A DNA stretch of 64,000 bases from an uncultured Pseudomonadota bacterium (lineage in GTDB: Bacteria; Pseudomonadota; Alphaproteobacteria; Rs-D84): the NCBI GenBank assembly GCA_902787305.1, contig CADAFS010000002.1:31449-95448 (forward strand). The letters are read 5' to 3'. Made by a program: the position numbers and the translations under genes. The notes under the pieces are model-generated. The model did no database searches. It worked only from the letters and a program-made list of their open reading frames with translations, and was not told where the DNA came from. Below, one piece after another: positions 1 to 8,792 of the stretch. The first letter of the stretch is position 1, and every line of letters starts with the position of its first letter.

Positions 1-231
1 GTGTTACTGAAAAATTTTGCTTTTGGAAAGTGGGCTATTATACGGAATATCACCCAGGAAAAGAACTTGTAGTCGGGGATTTTCCTTGGTGTGGCGAAAT
101 GGGAAATTTTGTTGATAACAAAGTATTATCGAAATAACTTGCTTTTTCAATAATTTTGGTGCATAATGCGACCTGCACAACACCCTTGGAGGTTGTGCGA
201 CATAAAAAATGCTAAATCAAAAGGATAAAAA

Positions 232-861
232 ATGGCAATTGAATTAAATGCAGAGATTCGCAATGTTGCCGGCAAGGGGGCCGCACGTGCAATTCGTAAT
301 AACAAAAATATCCCCGCCGTCATCTATGGCGAAAAGAAAGATCCGGTCGCAATCGAAATTTCCGGTCGTGATTTTGCGCCGATTGTTCAAATTCCGGCGC
401 TCAGGACAAAACTGTTTCATATTACGACAAAAAATGGTAAAGAAGACGCAATGTTGATGGATATTCAATATCATCCGGTGTCTGATAAAATCGTTCATGT
501 TGATTTCAAACGCATCGATGTTAAAAAGCCTGTTTGCGTTTCGGTGCCGGTAGAGGTTATAAATGTCGACACGTCCAAGGGATTGAAACTGGGTGGTGTT
601 TTGAACTTTGCGGTGCGTAAGGTTTCGTTAGTTGCACTGGTTGATAAATTACCGGAAAAAATCGTCCTTGATTTGGCGGATTTAACAATTGGTGACACCG
701 TCCACGGTTCGGATTTGGTTTTGCCAGACGGCGTGGCACTGGGCCTGCACCAGGCGGAATTGGCGTTCGCAACCATCGGTGGTAAGATGCCAGAAGAAGC
801 CGATGCCAAGAAACCGGCGGCGGCAACCGCGGCGCCTGCGGCGGCACCGGCCAAGAAATAG
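232..861 (+). CDS. rplY: 50S ribosomal protein L25 / general stress protein Ctc family, with Ala/Pro-rich C-terminal tail
   Basis: N-terminus MAIELNAEIRNVAGKGAARAIRNNKNIPAVIYG matches the L25/Ctc family. 209 aa. AAGGA-like RBS upstream. Confidence 0.8.
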   Translation: MAIELNAEIRNVAGKGAARAIRNNKNIPAVIYGEKKDPVAIEISGRDFAPIVQIPALRTKLFHITTKNGKEDAMLMDIQYHPVSDKIVHVDFKRIDVKKPVCVSVPVEVINVDTSKGLKLGGVLNFAVRKVSLVALVDKLPEKIVLDLADLTIGDTVHGSDLVLPDGVALGLHQAELAFATIGGKMPEEADAKKPAAATAAPAAAPAKK

Positions 862-868
862 TGATAAA

Positions 869-958
869 GTGTTAGTGATTAGTGTAAGTGGTTAGTGACG
901 GGCGCGGATGCGCCCGTTATCCTTTTTCACTAACCACTACCCACTTACACTAACCACT
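869..958. repeat. Inverted pair of dispersed repeat (TAGTGTAAGTGGTTAGTGA family) flanking GC hairpin gggcgcggatgcgccc (899-917); acts as rplY terminator
   Basis: Forward copy 869-898, perfect 7-bp stem hairpin + T-run, reverse-complement copy 928-958. Same motif recurs at >=8 other sites in the window. Confidence 0.7.
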
Positions 959-975
959 ATTTTTATTCCTATGGT

Positions 976-1004
976 CTTGAAATGGGTTTTGTGATAACTA
1001 TATT
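976..1004 (+). promoter_or_regulatory. Possible RpoH (sigma-32)-type heat-shock promoter upstream of dnaK (CTTGAAA ... CTATATT)
   Basis: CTTGAAA at 976-982 then ~17-18 nt spacer then CTATATT. Partial match to sigma-32 consensus (CTTGAAA / CCCCATNT; alphaproteobacterial CTTG-N17-CYTATNT). Position is correct for dnaK. Confidence 0.3.
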
Positions 1005-1041
1005 TGTGGCATACAAAGACAAATAAATATAGGAGTAAAAA

Positions 1042-2937
1042 ATGGGAAAAGTATTAGGTATCGATTTGGGGACGACTAATTCCGCCATGGCGTTCATGGA
1101 CGGAAACGATCCAAAAATTATTGAAAATGCCGAAGGTGGCCGGACAACGCCGTCGGTTGTTGCAATTACATCGAACGGTGAACAGTTGGTCGGTATTACC
1201 GCCAAGAACCAGGCCGTGACGAATCCGGAAAATACTATTTATGAAATCAAACGCCTTATGGGGTTGCGTTATGATAGCCCAGAGGTTAAAGAGATTATGA
1301 AACGCGTGCCTTATAAAATTGTTGCGGGCGACAACGGGGACGCTTGGGTTGAAATTGATGGTAAAAAATATGCACCGTCACAGATTTCGGCGATGATTCT
1401 TGGCAAACTTAAAAAGGATGCGGAAAATTATTTGGGTGAAACGGTGACCGATGCGGTTATTACTGTGCCGGCGTATTTCAACGATTCACAACGTCAGGCA
1501 ACCAAAGATGCCGGTCGTATTGCGGGGTTGAACGTGTTGCGTATTGTGAACGAACCGACCGCGGCGGCGTTGGCGTATGGGTTGGATAAAAGCAAGGACG
1601 GCACAATTGTTGTATATGACCTTGGGGGTGGAACGTTCGATGTGTCGGTGCTTGAAATCGTTGACGGCGTGTTCGAAGTGAAATCAACCAATGGTGATAC
1701 GGCACTTGGTGGGTCGGACTTTGATGCGCGGATTTTGAAATATTTAATTGAAGAATTCAAGGCGCAAACCGGTATTGATTTGTCGAACGATAAATTGGCG
1801 CTGCAACGGTTAAAAGAGGCCGCAGAAAAGGCGAAAATTGAACTTTCGTCCAAGATGTCAACCGATATCAACCTGCCCTTCCTTACGGCGGATGCATCGG
1901 GGCCGAAACATTTCAATACGACATTGACGCGGGCAAAGTTGGAATCGTTGGTGGATGATTTGATTCAAAAAACGATTGAACCGTGCAAAAAGGCGTTAAA
2001 GGACGCGGGTATTGAAAAATCACAAATCAATGAAGTTATCTTGGTCGGTGGTCAAACCCGTATGCCCAAGGTTGTTGAAACGGTCAAAGAATTCTTTGGT
2101 CGCGAACCGCACAAGGGCGTGAACCCGGACGAAGTTGTCGCAATGGGTGCCGCGATTCAGGGTGGCGTGTTAAAGGGCGATGTCAAAGATGTTTTGCTTC
2201 TTGATGTGACACCGTTGTCATTGGGGATTGAAACATTGGGTGGTGTGTTTACACGTCTTATTGACCGCAACACAACAATTCCAACCAAAAAGTCCCAGGT
2301 GTTTTCAACCGCCGAAGATAATCAATCGGCCGTGACAATTCGTGTATTCCAAGGCGAACGCGACATGGCGGCGGATAATAAATTGCTGGGGCAATTTAAT
2401 TTGGAAGGTATCGCACCTGCGCCACGTGGAATGCCGCAAATCGAAGTATCTTTTGATATCGACGCAAATGGTATTGTTCATGTGTCGGCGCGCGATAAAG
2501 GCACGGGCAAAGAACAGGCGATTTCGATTAAATCTGATGGTGGACTTTCCGAAGAAGAAATCAAACGCATGGTTGATGAAGCGGCCGCCAATGCCGATGC
2601 GGACAAGAAAAAACGCGAATTAGCGGAGGCAAAAAATAACGCAGAGGCCGCAATCAACGCGATTGAAAAGTCACTAAAAGAACATGGTGACAAAATAAGC
2701 GCGGATGATAGGGGCGCAATCGAATCGGCCAAGAAGGAATTGGCGGATGAATTGGCGAAATCTGATGCGACCGCAGAATCACTGAAACAAAAGACCGAGG
2801 CATTATCCGAAAAAGCCATGAAACTTGGCGAAGCGGTGTATAAGGCACAACAAGAGGCACAAAATGCCGCCGGTGCAAATACGTCGGATGATAATAAATC
2901 CGATGGCGCACGCGATGCCGATTTTTCGGAAAAATAG
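1042..2937 (+). CDS. dnaK: Molecular chaperone DnaK (Hsp70)
   Basis: 631 aa. [17 protein letters not shown], and the [19 protein letters not shown] ... [24 protein letters not shown] substrate-binding region are canonical DnaK. Strong RBS aggagtaaaaaATG. Confidence 0.95.
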   Translation: MGKVLGIDLGTTNSAMAFMDGNDPKIIENAEGGRTTPSVVAITSNGEQLVGITAKNQAVTNPENTIYEIKRLMGLRYDSPEVKEIMKRVPYKIVAGDNGDAWVEIDGKKYAPSQISAMILGKLKKDAENYLGETVTDAVITVPAYFNDSQRQATKDAGRIAGLNVLRIVNEPTAAALAYGLDKSKDGTIVVYDLGGGTFDVSVLEIVDGVFEVKSTNGDTALGGSDFDARILKYLIEEFKAQTGIDLSNDKLALQRLKEAAEKAKIELSSKMSTDINLPFLTADASGPKHFNTTLTRAKLESLVDDLIQKTIEPCKKALKDAGIEKSQINEVILVGGQTRMPKVVETVKEFFGREPHKGVNPDEVVAMGAAIQGGVLKGDVKDVLLLDVTPLSLGIETLGGVFTRLIDRNTTIPTKKSQVFSTAEDNQSAVTIRVFQGERDMAADNKLLGQFNLEGIAPAPRGMPQIEVSFDIDANGIVHVSARDKGTGKEQAISIKSDGGLSEEEIKRMVDEAAANADADKKKRELAEAKNNAEAAINAIEKSLKEHGDKISADDRGAIESAKKELADELAKSDATAESLKQKTEALSEKAMKLGEAVYKAQQEAQNAAGANTSDDNKSDGARDADFSEK

Positions 2938-2985
2938 TGATGAGTGTTAGTGGTTAGTGAACCCGCCCAAATGGGCGGGTTTTAT
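2935..2985. repeat. Dispersed repeat copy (tagtgatgagtgttagtggttagtga) overlapping dnaK stop + terminator hairpin cccgcccaaatgggcggg-tttt
   Basis: Repeat 2935-2960, hairpin 2962-2984 followed by T-run. Left boundary of cargo cassette containing ORF 3046-3729. Confidence 0.65.
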
Positions 2986-3045
2986 AATAAAAAACTTGAC
3001 TTTATGCTTTATTGTGTTAGGTTTATGATTAATAAGGAGTAAAAA

Positions 3046-3729
3046 ATGAATAAAGTTTATAAGGCCAAAGTAGCTAGAATTGGGAAAAATGCGGCTGGTG
3101 AGGTTGTTATTATTGAAACGCAAGATGGACATTTTTTCCGATCTTGTGCTGAAGAACATAAGTTGAGACCACCAGAACAGAAGAAGCGTTTAGACTTTGT
3201 TTGTATTGCTATTGAAATGCAAGATAGAGTTTTTTTTCAATCTTGTGCAGAAGAACATAAGTTGAGACCACCAGAACAGACGAAGCGTTTATATGAGTCT
3301 GTTTGTGTTGGTGATGAAATAGAATACTCAGAGTTTGACGGTAGCTTTATAATTTTACGTAACATAACCCAAGATGAAAGGAGTGTTAAATCTTTTGTTG
3401 AAGAATCGACTCAATATGCAATAGTTAGTGATTTTTGGCATTCGCCAGACAATAAATCTACTCATATAGAATGTGTAAGTCCTGCTTGGAATGGGGTTAA
3501 TAAATTCGATGTTCCTGGTCATGTTGCGCTTAGATTGCTGGACGAAATAGTTGTAACAAAAACTCCAGGACAAGAAAAAGGAACGCATAACTATCTGTTT
3601 GGCGGTAATGTGACACTTGAGCAAGATATACAAAGAGAAATTCAGGAAAAAGTGTTACCTGGTTGGTCCAAGGAACAATTAGCATTATTGTCAAAATTCT
3701 CAACCGATTCAAACCACAGAAAACGGTAA
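3046..3729 (+). CDS. Hypothetical protein with internal tandem duplication (FFRSCAEEHKLRPPEQKKRL x2)
   Basis: 227-aa ORF with same RBS as dnaK (aggagtaaaaaATG). ~100-nt segment directly duplicated (3133-3190 vs 3233-3290). AT-rich relative to flanks. Bracketed by inverted repeat-family copies. Confidence 0.5.
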   Translation: MNKVYKAKVARIGKNAAGEVVIIETQDGHFFRSCAEEHKLRPPEQKKRLDFVCIAIEMQDRVFFQSCAEEHKLRPPEQTKRLYESVCVGDEIEYSEFDGSFIILRNITQDERSVKSFVEESTQYAIVSDFWHSPDNKSTHIECVSPAWNGVNKFDVPGHVALRLLDEIVVTKTPGQEKGTHNYLFGGNVTLEQDIQREIQEKVLPGWSKEQLALLSKFSTDSNHRKR

Positions 3730-3770
3730 TTTGATTTAATTGAAAATAATCATGAACTTAAAAACATTAA

Positions 3771-3833
3771 AAAAAAAATGGGTGCGGATGCGCCCATTTT
3801 CCACTAACACTAATCACTTACACTGACTACTAT
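3771..3833. terminator. Bidirectional rho-independent terminator (A-run, gggtgcggatgcgccc hairpin, T-run) followed by inverted dispersed-repeat copy (3801-3833)
   Basis: 8-bp stem hairpin flanked by A9 and T4 between convergent genes. Repeat copy is the reverse complement of the family consensus. Confidence 0.7.
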
Positions 3834-3834
3834 T

Positions 3835-5088
3835 TTAACACCATCCGCGCAATTTCATCGCCGCGGCTATGCGTTTTATTGAATACATATACGCGGCTTC
3901 GCGCATGCTGACGCTGTATTCACATTTGATTTTATAAATTGCGTCAAATGCGGAAATCATGGCGGTGTGCTCTTTATCCGCAACTTCGCTTTCCGGCCAA
4001 TAATAACCGTATCGATTCTGTACCCATTCAAAATATGAAACCGTCACGCCGCCGGCGTTCGCCAAAATGTCCGGCACAATCATTACGCCACGTTTTAACA
4101 ACAATTCTTCGGCATCAAGTGTAGTTGGGCCGTTTGCGCCCTCTACTATCAAATTGGTTTTAATTAACGGTGCGGTATCGGTGTTTATTGTGTTTTCCAT
4201 TGCACAGGGGGACAAAACATCCACCGGCAATCCCCAAAAATCGTTGGTGGTTATTACGGTTGCACCCGGGGAATCGGCGATACTGCCTTTATTCATGTCC
4301 TTGTATTTCATAAGTGCATCAATATCGATACCGCTTTCATTATAAAGAATCGTATTCCATTCGGCGATTGCGACAATTTTTGCACCCATGTCAAATGCAC
4401 ATTTGGCGGTGAAACTGCCCACGTTGCCGAAACCTTGGACTGCAATTGTTGCGCCGTTTATATCCTTGGCCATGGTTTTTAGTGCCGACGCGATTGTTGT
4501 TGCAATTCCAAAACCGGTCGCACTGGTTCGCCCCAGTGAACCGTTCAATTCCACCGGTTTCCCGGTAAATGTGCCAAAAGAATTGTCGCCCGAAAGTTTG
4601 ATATATTCATCAATCATCCATGACATAATTTGCCCGTTTGTGTTGACGTCTGGTGCGGGAATGTCGGACTTTTCGCCAAGTATTGGATAAATTGCATCAA
4701 CATACCCGCGGCACAGACGTTCCAATTCGCCCGCCGATAATGTTTTTGGGTCAACGATAATTCCGCCCTTGCCGCCCCCATACGGCAAACCCGTCACCGC
4801 ACATTTGAATGTCATCCAAATTGAAAGCGCGGAAACTTCGTCACGTGACACGGCGGGATGAAAACGGATTCCACCCTTGGACGGTCCCAGTGCGGTATTA
4901 TGTTGTGCGCGGAAACCTGTAAAGGTTTTAATCGAACCATCATCCATTTTAACCGGAATTTGCACTTCGATAATGCGCGCCGGATTCTTTAAAATTTCGT
5001 ATACATTTTTATCAAGGCCCAATTTGTCACACGCAGATTTAACGCGGGCCTGGGCCCCCAATAACGGATTAAGATTTTCATTTGCCAT
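3835..5088 (-). CDS. gdhA: Glutamate dehydrogenase (Glu/Leu/Phe/Val dehydrogenase family)
   Basis: 417 aa. GGGKGG catalytic motif, GFGNVG Rossmann dinucleotide motif, typical bacterial GDH N-terminus. Confidence 0.85.
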   Translation of the reverse strand: MANENLNPLLGAQARVKSACDKLGLDKNVYEILKNPARIIEVQIPVKMDDGSIKTFTGFRAQHNTALGPSKGGIRFHPAVSRDEVSALSIWMTFKCAVTGLPYGGGKGGIIVDPKTLSAGELERLCRGYVDAIYPILGEKSDIPAPDVNTNGQIMSWMIDEYIKLSGDNSFGTFTGKPVELNGSLGRTSATGFGIATTIASALKTMAKDINGATIAVQGFGNVGSFTAKCAFDMGAKIVAIAEWNTILYNESGIDIDALMKYKDMNKGSIADSPGATVITTNDFWGLPVDVLSPCAMENTINTDTAPLIKTNLIVEGANGPTTLDAEELLLKRGVMIVPDILANAGGVTVSYFEWVQNRYGYYWPESEVADKEHTAMISAFDAIYKIKCEYSVSMREAAYMYSIKRIAAAMKLRGWC

Positions 5089-5138
5089 GATTTATCTCCT
5101 TTGTGTTTCTTGTGGTATACGCCAATATGCGGGAAAAA

Positions 5139-5699
5139 TCAATAATATTCGCCAAGTTCTATGATGCCACGGGCGCGCGCAGACATATTTTGTTGCATAA
5201 ATTTCAAATATTCGTTCGCCGTGCCTGATGCAACACGATGTGCGCGCGGGGTTGTAAAGAAATTCGGATGGTAGTCGCATTCCCAGGCCAATCGTGTTCG
5301 GTCGGCATCCCACAAGCACGCAGAAATATAGTCACGGGGCACAAGATTTTTCAATGAGTGATTTTTAACCGCATATATAATGGATTCGCATGTGCCGAAA
5401 TCCAGTGGAATAATTTCGTTCATAACCTGCTCTGCCAACGGGATTGCGTTGGGGCCATGTATGGTGTCGTCACCGTCATGGGTTCGTGCCATGTCGTGAA
5501 AGGCGCAGGCCAACACAACCCCAGTTGTGTCTTGCCCAAGGGCCAATGCGTAATCAATTCCACGAAAAACCACCGCCGCGGTATGTGTATAAAGCCCGTG
5601 ATAACCCTTCTTTTGTTGAATAGCATATTTTTCAACAACCGGCATTATTTCGGTTAAATACCAATCAAATGTTTTAGAAATAGAAATTCTGTTTGCCAT
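5139..5699 (-). CDS. HD-domain phosphohydrolase-like protein
   Basis: 186 aa. H...HD...D pattern (YHGLYTH ... AFHDMARTHDGDD). Confidence 0.4.
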   Translation of the reverse strand: MANRISISKTFDWYLTEIMPVVEKYAIQQKKGYHGLYTHTAAVVFRGIDYALALGQDTTGVVLACAFHDMARTHDGDDTIHGPNAIPLAEQVMNEIIPLDFGTCESIIYAVKNHSLKNLVPRDYISACLWDADRTRLAWECDYHPNFFTTPRAHRVASGTANEYLKFMQQNMSARARGIIELGEYY

Positions 5700-5927
5700 G
5701 ACTGTTCTTTTTTCTGCGTTCGCCTAATCTATCGTGTTTTTTATCAAATGTAAACAATTTTATTTAATTATTTTGCGTGCGGTCGCAACATGCAAAAATT
5801 AAACCGGCAGAAAGACCTGCCCGCCTACGCCGCTAATTACGAATAATTTTCTCATATTCCTGGTTGCGCTTCGGCGAGGCACTCAATTTTCTTAATCGTG
5901 CGCTTCGCGTGCGATAACGAAAATTGG

Positions 5928-5946
5928 TGGTGCGGGCGAAGGGAAT
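5928..5946. repeat. 19-bp direct repeat of tRNA-Gly(CCC) 3' end (tggtgcgggcgaagggaat), att-like site A
   Basis: Identical to 21197-21215 region of the tRNA-Gly gene at the far end of the island. Confidence 0.7.
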
Positions 5947-6088
5947 GTAATTCCCATTCACTTTGTTCATGGGCCCCTTTCACTGCGCTTCGCTTGTTCC
6001 GAACCCTCTCGTTGCCGTTGGCAACTCTTTCGGGTTCTCTTCCGTCGCCACATGCAAAAATTAAACCGGCAAAATGCCGGTTGAATTT

Positions 6089-6105
6089 TTGGTGCGGGCG
6101 AAGGG
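6089..6105. repeat. 17-bp direct repeat of tRNA-Gly(CCC) 3' end (ttggtgcgggcgaaggg), att-like site B
   Basis: Second copy 160 bp from copy A. Preceded by hairpin ccggcaaaatgccgg and 21-bp repeat catgcaaaaattaaaccggca, which also occurs at 5787-5808. Confidence 0.7.
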
Positions 6106-6300
6106 GACCATATTTTCGCTTTTTTAACCCTTTTTGGACCCTTTTTAGCCGCTTTTTACCTGTTTTTTATCATTTTGCCTGACACTTTGCTTGGCACTTT
6201 TATAAAATACTGTGTTTCCGGTAAAAAGTACACAAAAAAAAATGATATTTACAATTAGTTACAAATTGGTTATAGTTGCATTGAAAGTGAAGAGGAATAT

Positions 6301-7377
6301 ATGAAAAAAACATCCACGTATAATGCAGAAACTTTAAATGGTGTTTTAAGGTTGGCTGAATTGTTTTGTGGCCCTGGTGGTATTGGATTGGGGGCAAAAC
6401 TTGCTAACGTGGACGGTTTAAAGATTAAACATGTCTGGGCTACGGATTACGATAAAGATACATGTGAAACATATAAAAGGAATTTGAACCCAGAAGCAAT
6501 AATTTGTGAAGATATTCGCAAAATGGATTTTGCAAAAATTCATTCAAAATATGGCGAGATAGATTGTTTGACTTTTGGTTTCCCTTGCAATGATTTTAGC
6601 ACGGTTGGCGAACAGAAAGGATTGCACGGGGTTTTTGGTGCTTTGTATCAATATTGTGTAAAAGCATTGGAAGAATTTAAACCGAAATTTTTTATAGCAG
6701 AAAACGTGAGTGGTTTGCGTAATGCTAATGATGGAGAAGCTTTTAATAAGATTTTGGAAGCTTTTAAAAATTGTGGATACAACATATACCCCAATTTATA
6801 TCATTTTGAAGAATATGGTGTTCCACAAAAAAGACATAGAGTCATTATTGTTGGTATACGCAATGATATAAATTTAAAGTTTAAAATACCGTCTACGAAA
6901 CCATATAAAAAAGTGGATAATTCTGTAAGAACTGCTTTGAAAGACATTCCAGAAAAAGCACCAAACAATGAATTAACTGCTCAATCTGCAATGGTTGTAG
7001 AAAGATTGAAATATATAAAGGAAGGTGAAAATGCTTTCACCGCAAAGTTGCCACCACACCTTCAATTAAATGTAAAAGGTGCAAAAATAAGTCAAATTTA
7101 TAAACGGTTAAAAGCAGATGAACCTTCTTATACGATTACTGGTAGTGGTGGCGGTGGCACACATGTATATCATTATAAAGAAAATCGTGCTTTAACAAAC
7201 CGTGAACGTGCAAGGATTCAAACCTTTACGGATGATTTTGTGTTTATAGGGTCGAAAGAAAGTGTTCGTAAACAGATAGGTATGGCGGTTCCACCAAGGG
7301 GTATGAAAATAATATTTGAAGCACTGTTAAATACAATTCTTGGTAATGATTATGAAACAATGGAAGCAAAAGTGTAA
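6301..7377 (+). CDS. DNA (cytosine-5)-methyltransferase (Type II R-M methylase)
   Basis: Motif I FCGPGG, motif IV GFPCNDFS, motif VI ENV, motif VIII QKRHRVIIVG, motif IX RERARIQTFTDDF, motif X GMAVPP. Confidence 0.85.
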   Translation: MKKTSTYNAETLNGVLRLAELFCGPGGIGLGAKLANVDGLKIKHVWATDYDKDTCETYKRNLNPEAIICEDIRKMDFAKIHSKYGEIDCLTFGFPCNDFSTVGEQKGLHGVFGALYQYCVKALEEFKPKFFIAENVSGLRNANDGEAFNKILEAFKNCGYNIYPNLYHFEEYGVPQKRHRVIIVGIRNDINLKFKIPSTKPYKKVDNSVRTALKDIPEKAPNNELTAQSAMVVERLKYIKEGENAFTAKLPPHLQLNVKGAKISQIYKRLKADEPSYTITGSGGGGTHVYHYKENRALTNRERARIQTFTDDFVFIGSKESVRKQIGMAVPPRGMKIIFEALLNTILGNDYETMEAKV

Positions 7378-7380
7378 AAG

Positions 7381-8370
7381 ATGTCCGATATCATATTAAA
7401 AAACGATTTGTTTGAAAAAATATTGTTAGAACCAGCCAGGGAGTGTGATGAGTTGCGGATTGTGTCCGGTTTTTCAACACCTGCTATGGTAGTGCATAAT
7501 TTAACTGAAGTAGAAGAGCAATTTGCAAAACCAGATTTAAAAATACAGTTAATTATAGGTATGACCCCCACAATTTCCGGTATTTCTAAAACGCATCATA
7601 AAAACTTTACTAAACTTGTTGCCAATCGTCCAAACTTTGTGTGTTCGTATATAAAATCAGATGCCAGTCCGATACATACAAAGCTTTATACGTGGCTAAG
7701 AAATGGTGTTCCACAAAAAGCATTTCTTGCTTCTGCAAATTATACGATAAACGCATTTAAAAAAGAACAGGATGAAATAGCAACGGAGTGCGACCCTGTT
7801 CAAGCTTTGGAATATTTTAATTCCAAAGTTCCGCTGTCTTTATATTGCACTTGTGATGAAGCAGAGGAAATGGTTAGAGAAGATGTTTTACGGCAACGTG
7901 TTGCAAGAACGAGAGAAAATTCCGATGAAGAACAACAGGTGCTTGTTGAAAATTCAGGCGTGGAAGGGCAAGACACTGTGTCTTTACCATTATTTGTAGT
8001 TAGAGAAAATAGAATTCATACTCATTCTGGTTTGAATTGGGGGCAAAGAGACCGTAGAAATCCGAATCAGGCCTATATACCAATACCGGCAAAAATAGGT
8101 AGAAGTGGTTTTTTCCCGCCACGTGGACAGCCTTTTGCTGTATTGACTTCAGACGGATTCCCGTTTGTATGTGTTGTAGCACAGGGCGGGGATAAAGCGA
8201 TACATACAACAAATAACAATAGTGAATTTGGTGAATATTTTAGACGCCGGTTGGGTGTCCCATTAGGCGCTCCTATAACATTAGATGATTTGGACCGTTT
8301 TGGGAATAGATATGTTAAATTCACAAAAATAAATGAAGAAGAATATTATATGGAATTCAACCCAAGCTAG
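7381..8370 (+). CDS. Putative Type II restriction endonuclease, PLD-superfamily (BfiI/NgoAVII-like) with C-terminal DNA-binding domain
   Basis: Starts 3 nt after the MTase stop (translationally coupled). N-terminal IHTKLYTWL...(20 aa)...LASANYT resembles the metal-independent PLD nuclease active site (His/Lys ... Asn, spacing H+20 as in BfiI). Call is family-level from motifs only. Confidence 0.45.
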   Translation: MSDIILKNDLFEKILLEPARECDELRIVSGFSTPAMVVHNLTEVEEQFAKPDLKIQLIIGMTPTISGISKTHHKNFTKLVANRPNFVCSYIKSDASPIHTKLYTWLRNGVPQKAFLASANYTINAFKKEQDEIATECDPVQALEYFNSKVPLSLYCTCDEAEEMVREDVLRQRVARTRENSDEEQQVLVENSGVEGQDTVSLPLFVVRENRIHTHSGLNWGQRDRRNPNQAYIPIPAKIGRSGFFPPRGQPFAVLTSDGFPFVCVVAQGGDKAIHTTNNNSEFGEYFRRRLGVPLGAPITLDDLDRFGNRYVKFTKINEEEYYMEFNPS

Positions 8371-8792
8371 AAAAGATTGGTGCTGTGTTCGGCCTGCATG
8401 ACGAACTCAGATATAATAAATAAAATTACCATCCCATACGATTAATAAATCTTGATACGGTTGTTTGTTTGACGGACAGTATTTTTGCATTTCGGTATTA
8501 GATTAATGCATAATATGGTTAGAATTTTTTTCATAAATACTATTTACTTTTTTTTATAAATGTTTTATATTCGGATTGAATCCAAGAGATTGGGTTCGGG
8601 GTCTTTACAAACCCGCTTTATCCGATGCGAAAGCATCGTTATCTGATGGTTTCGGTGCTTTGCATCGTAATCATCCCTGGCTTGATGGTCGGGGTGCCGT
8701 AAGCTATACAACAGGGGTAACCTGAAGGCACGGGGTCAATGATAAAGCGACTGTAAACACTCCCGACCGCCTTTTGTCTGTATGGCGGCCAT

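Noticed and set aside
1494-1916. 140-aa antisense ORF inside dnaK (and similar antisense ORFs inside rpoD, recN, addA, the ATPase, Pmp gene, etc.)
   Set aside because: Embedded opposite to strongly supported conserved genes. Typical GC-frame artefacts with no RBS and low-complexity products.
5898-6182. 94-aa ORF in island boundary
   Set aside because: Lies entirely within the repeat-dense att-like scar (contains both tRNA-3'-end copies). Low-complexity translation, no RBS.
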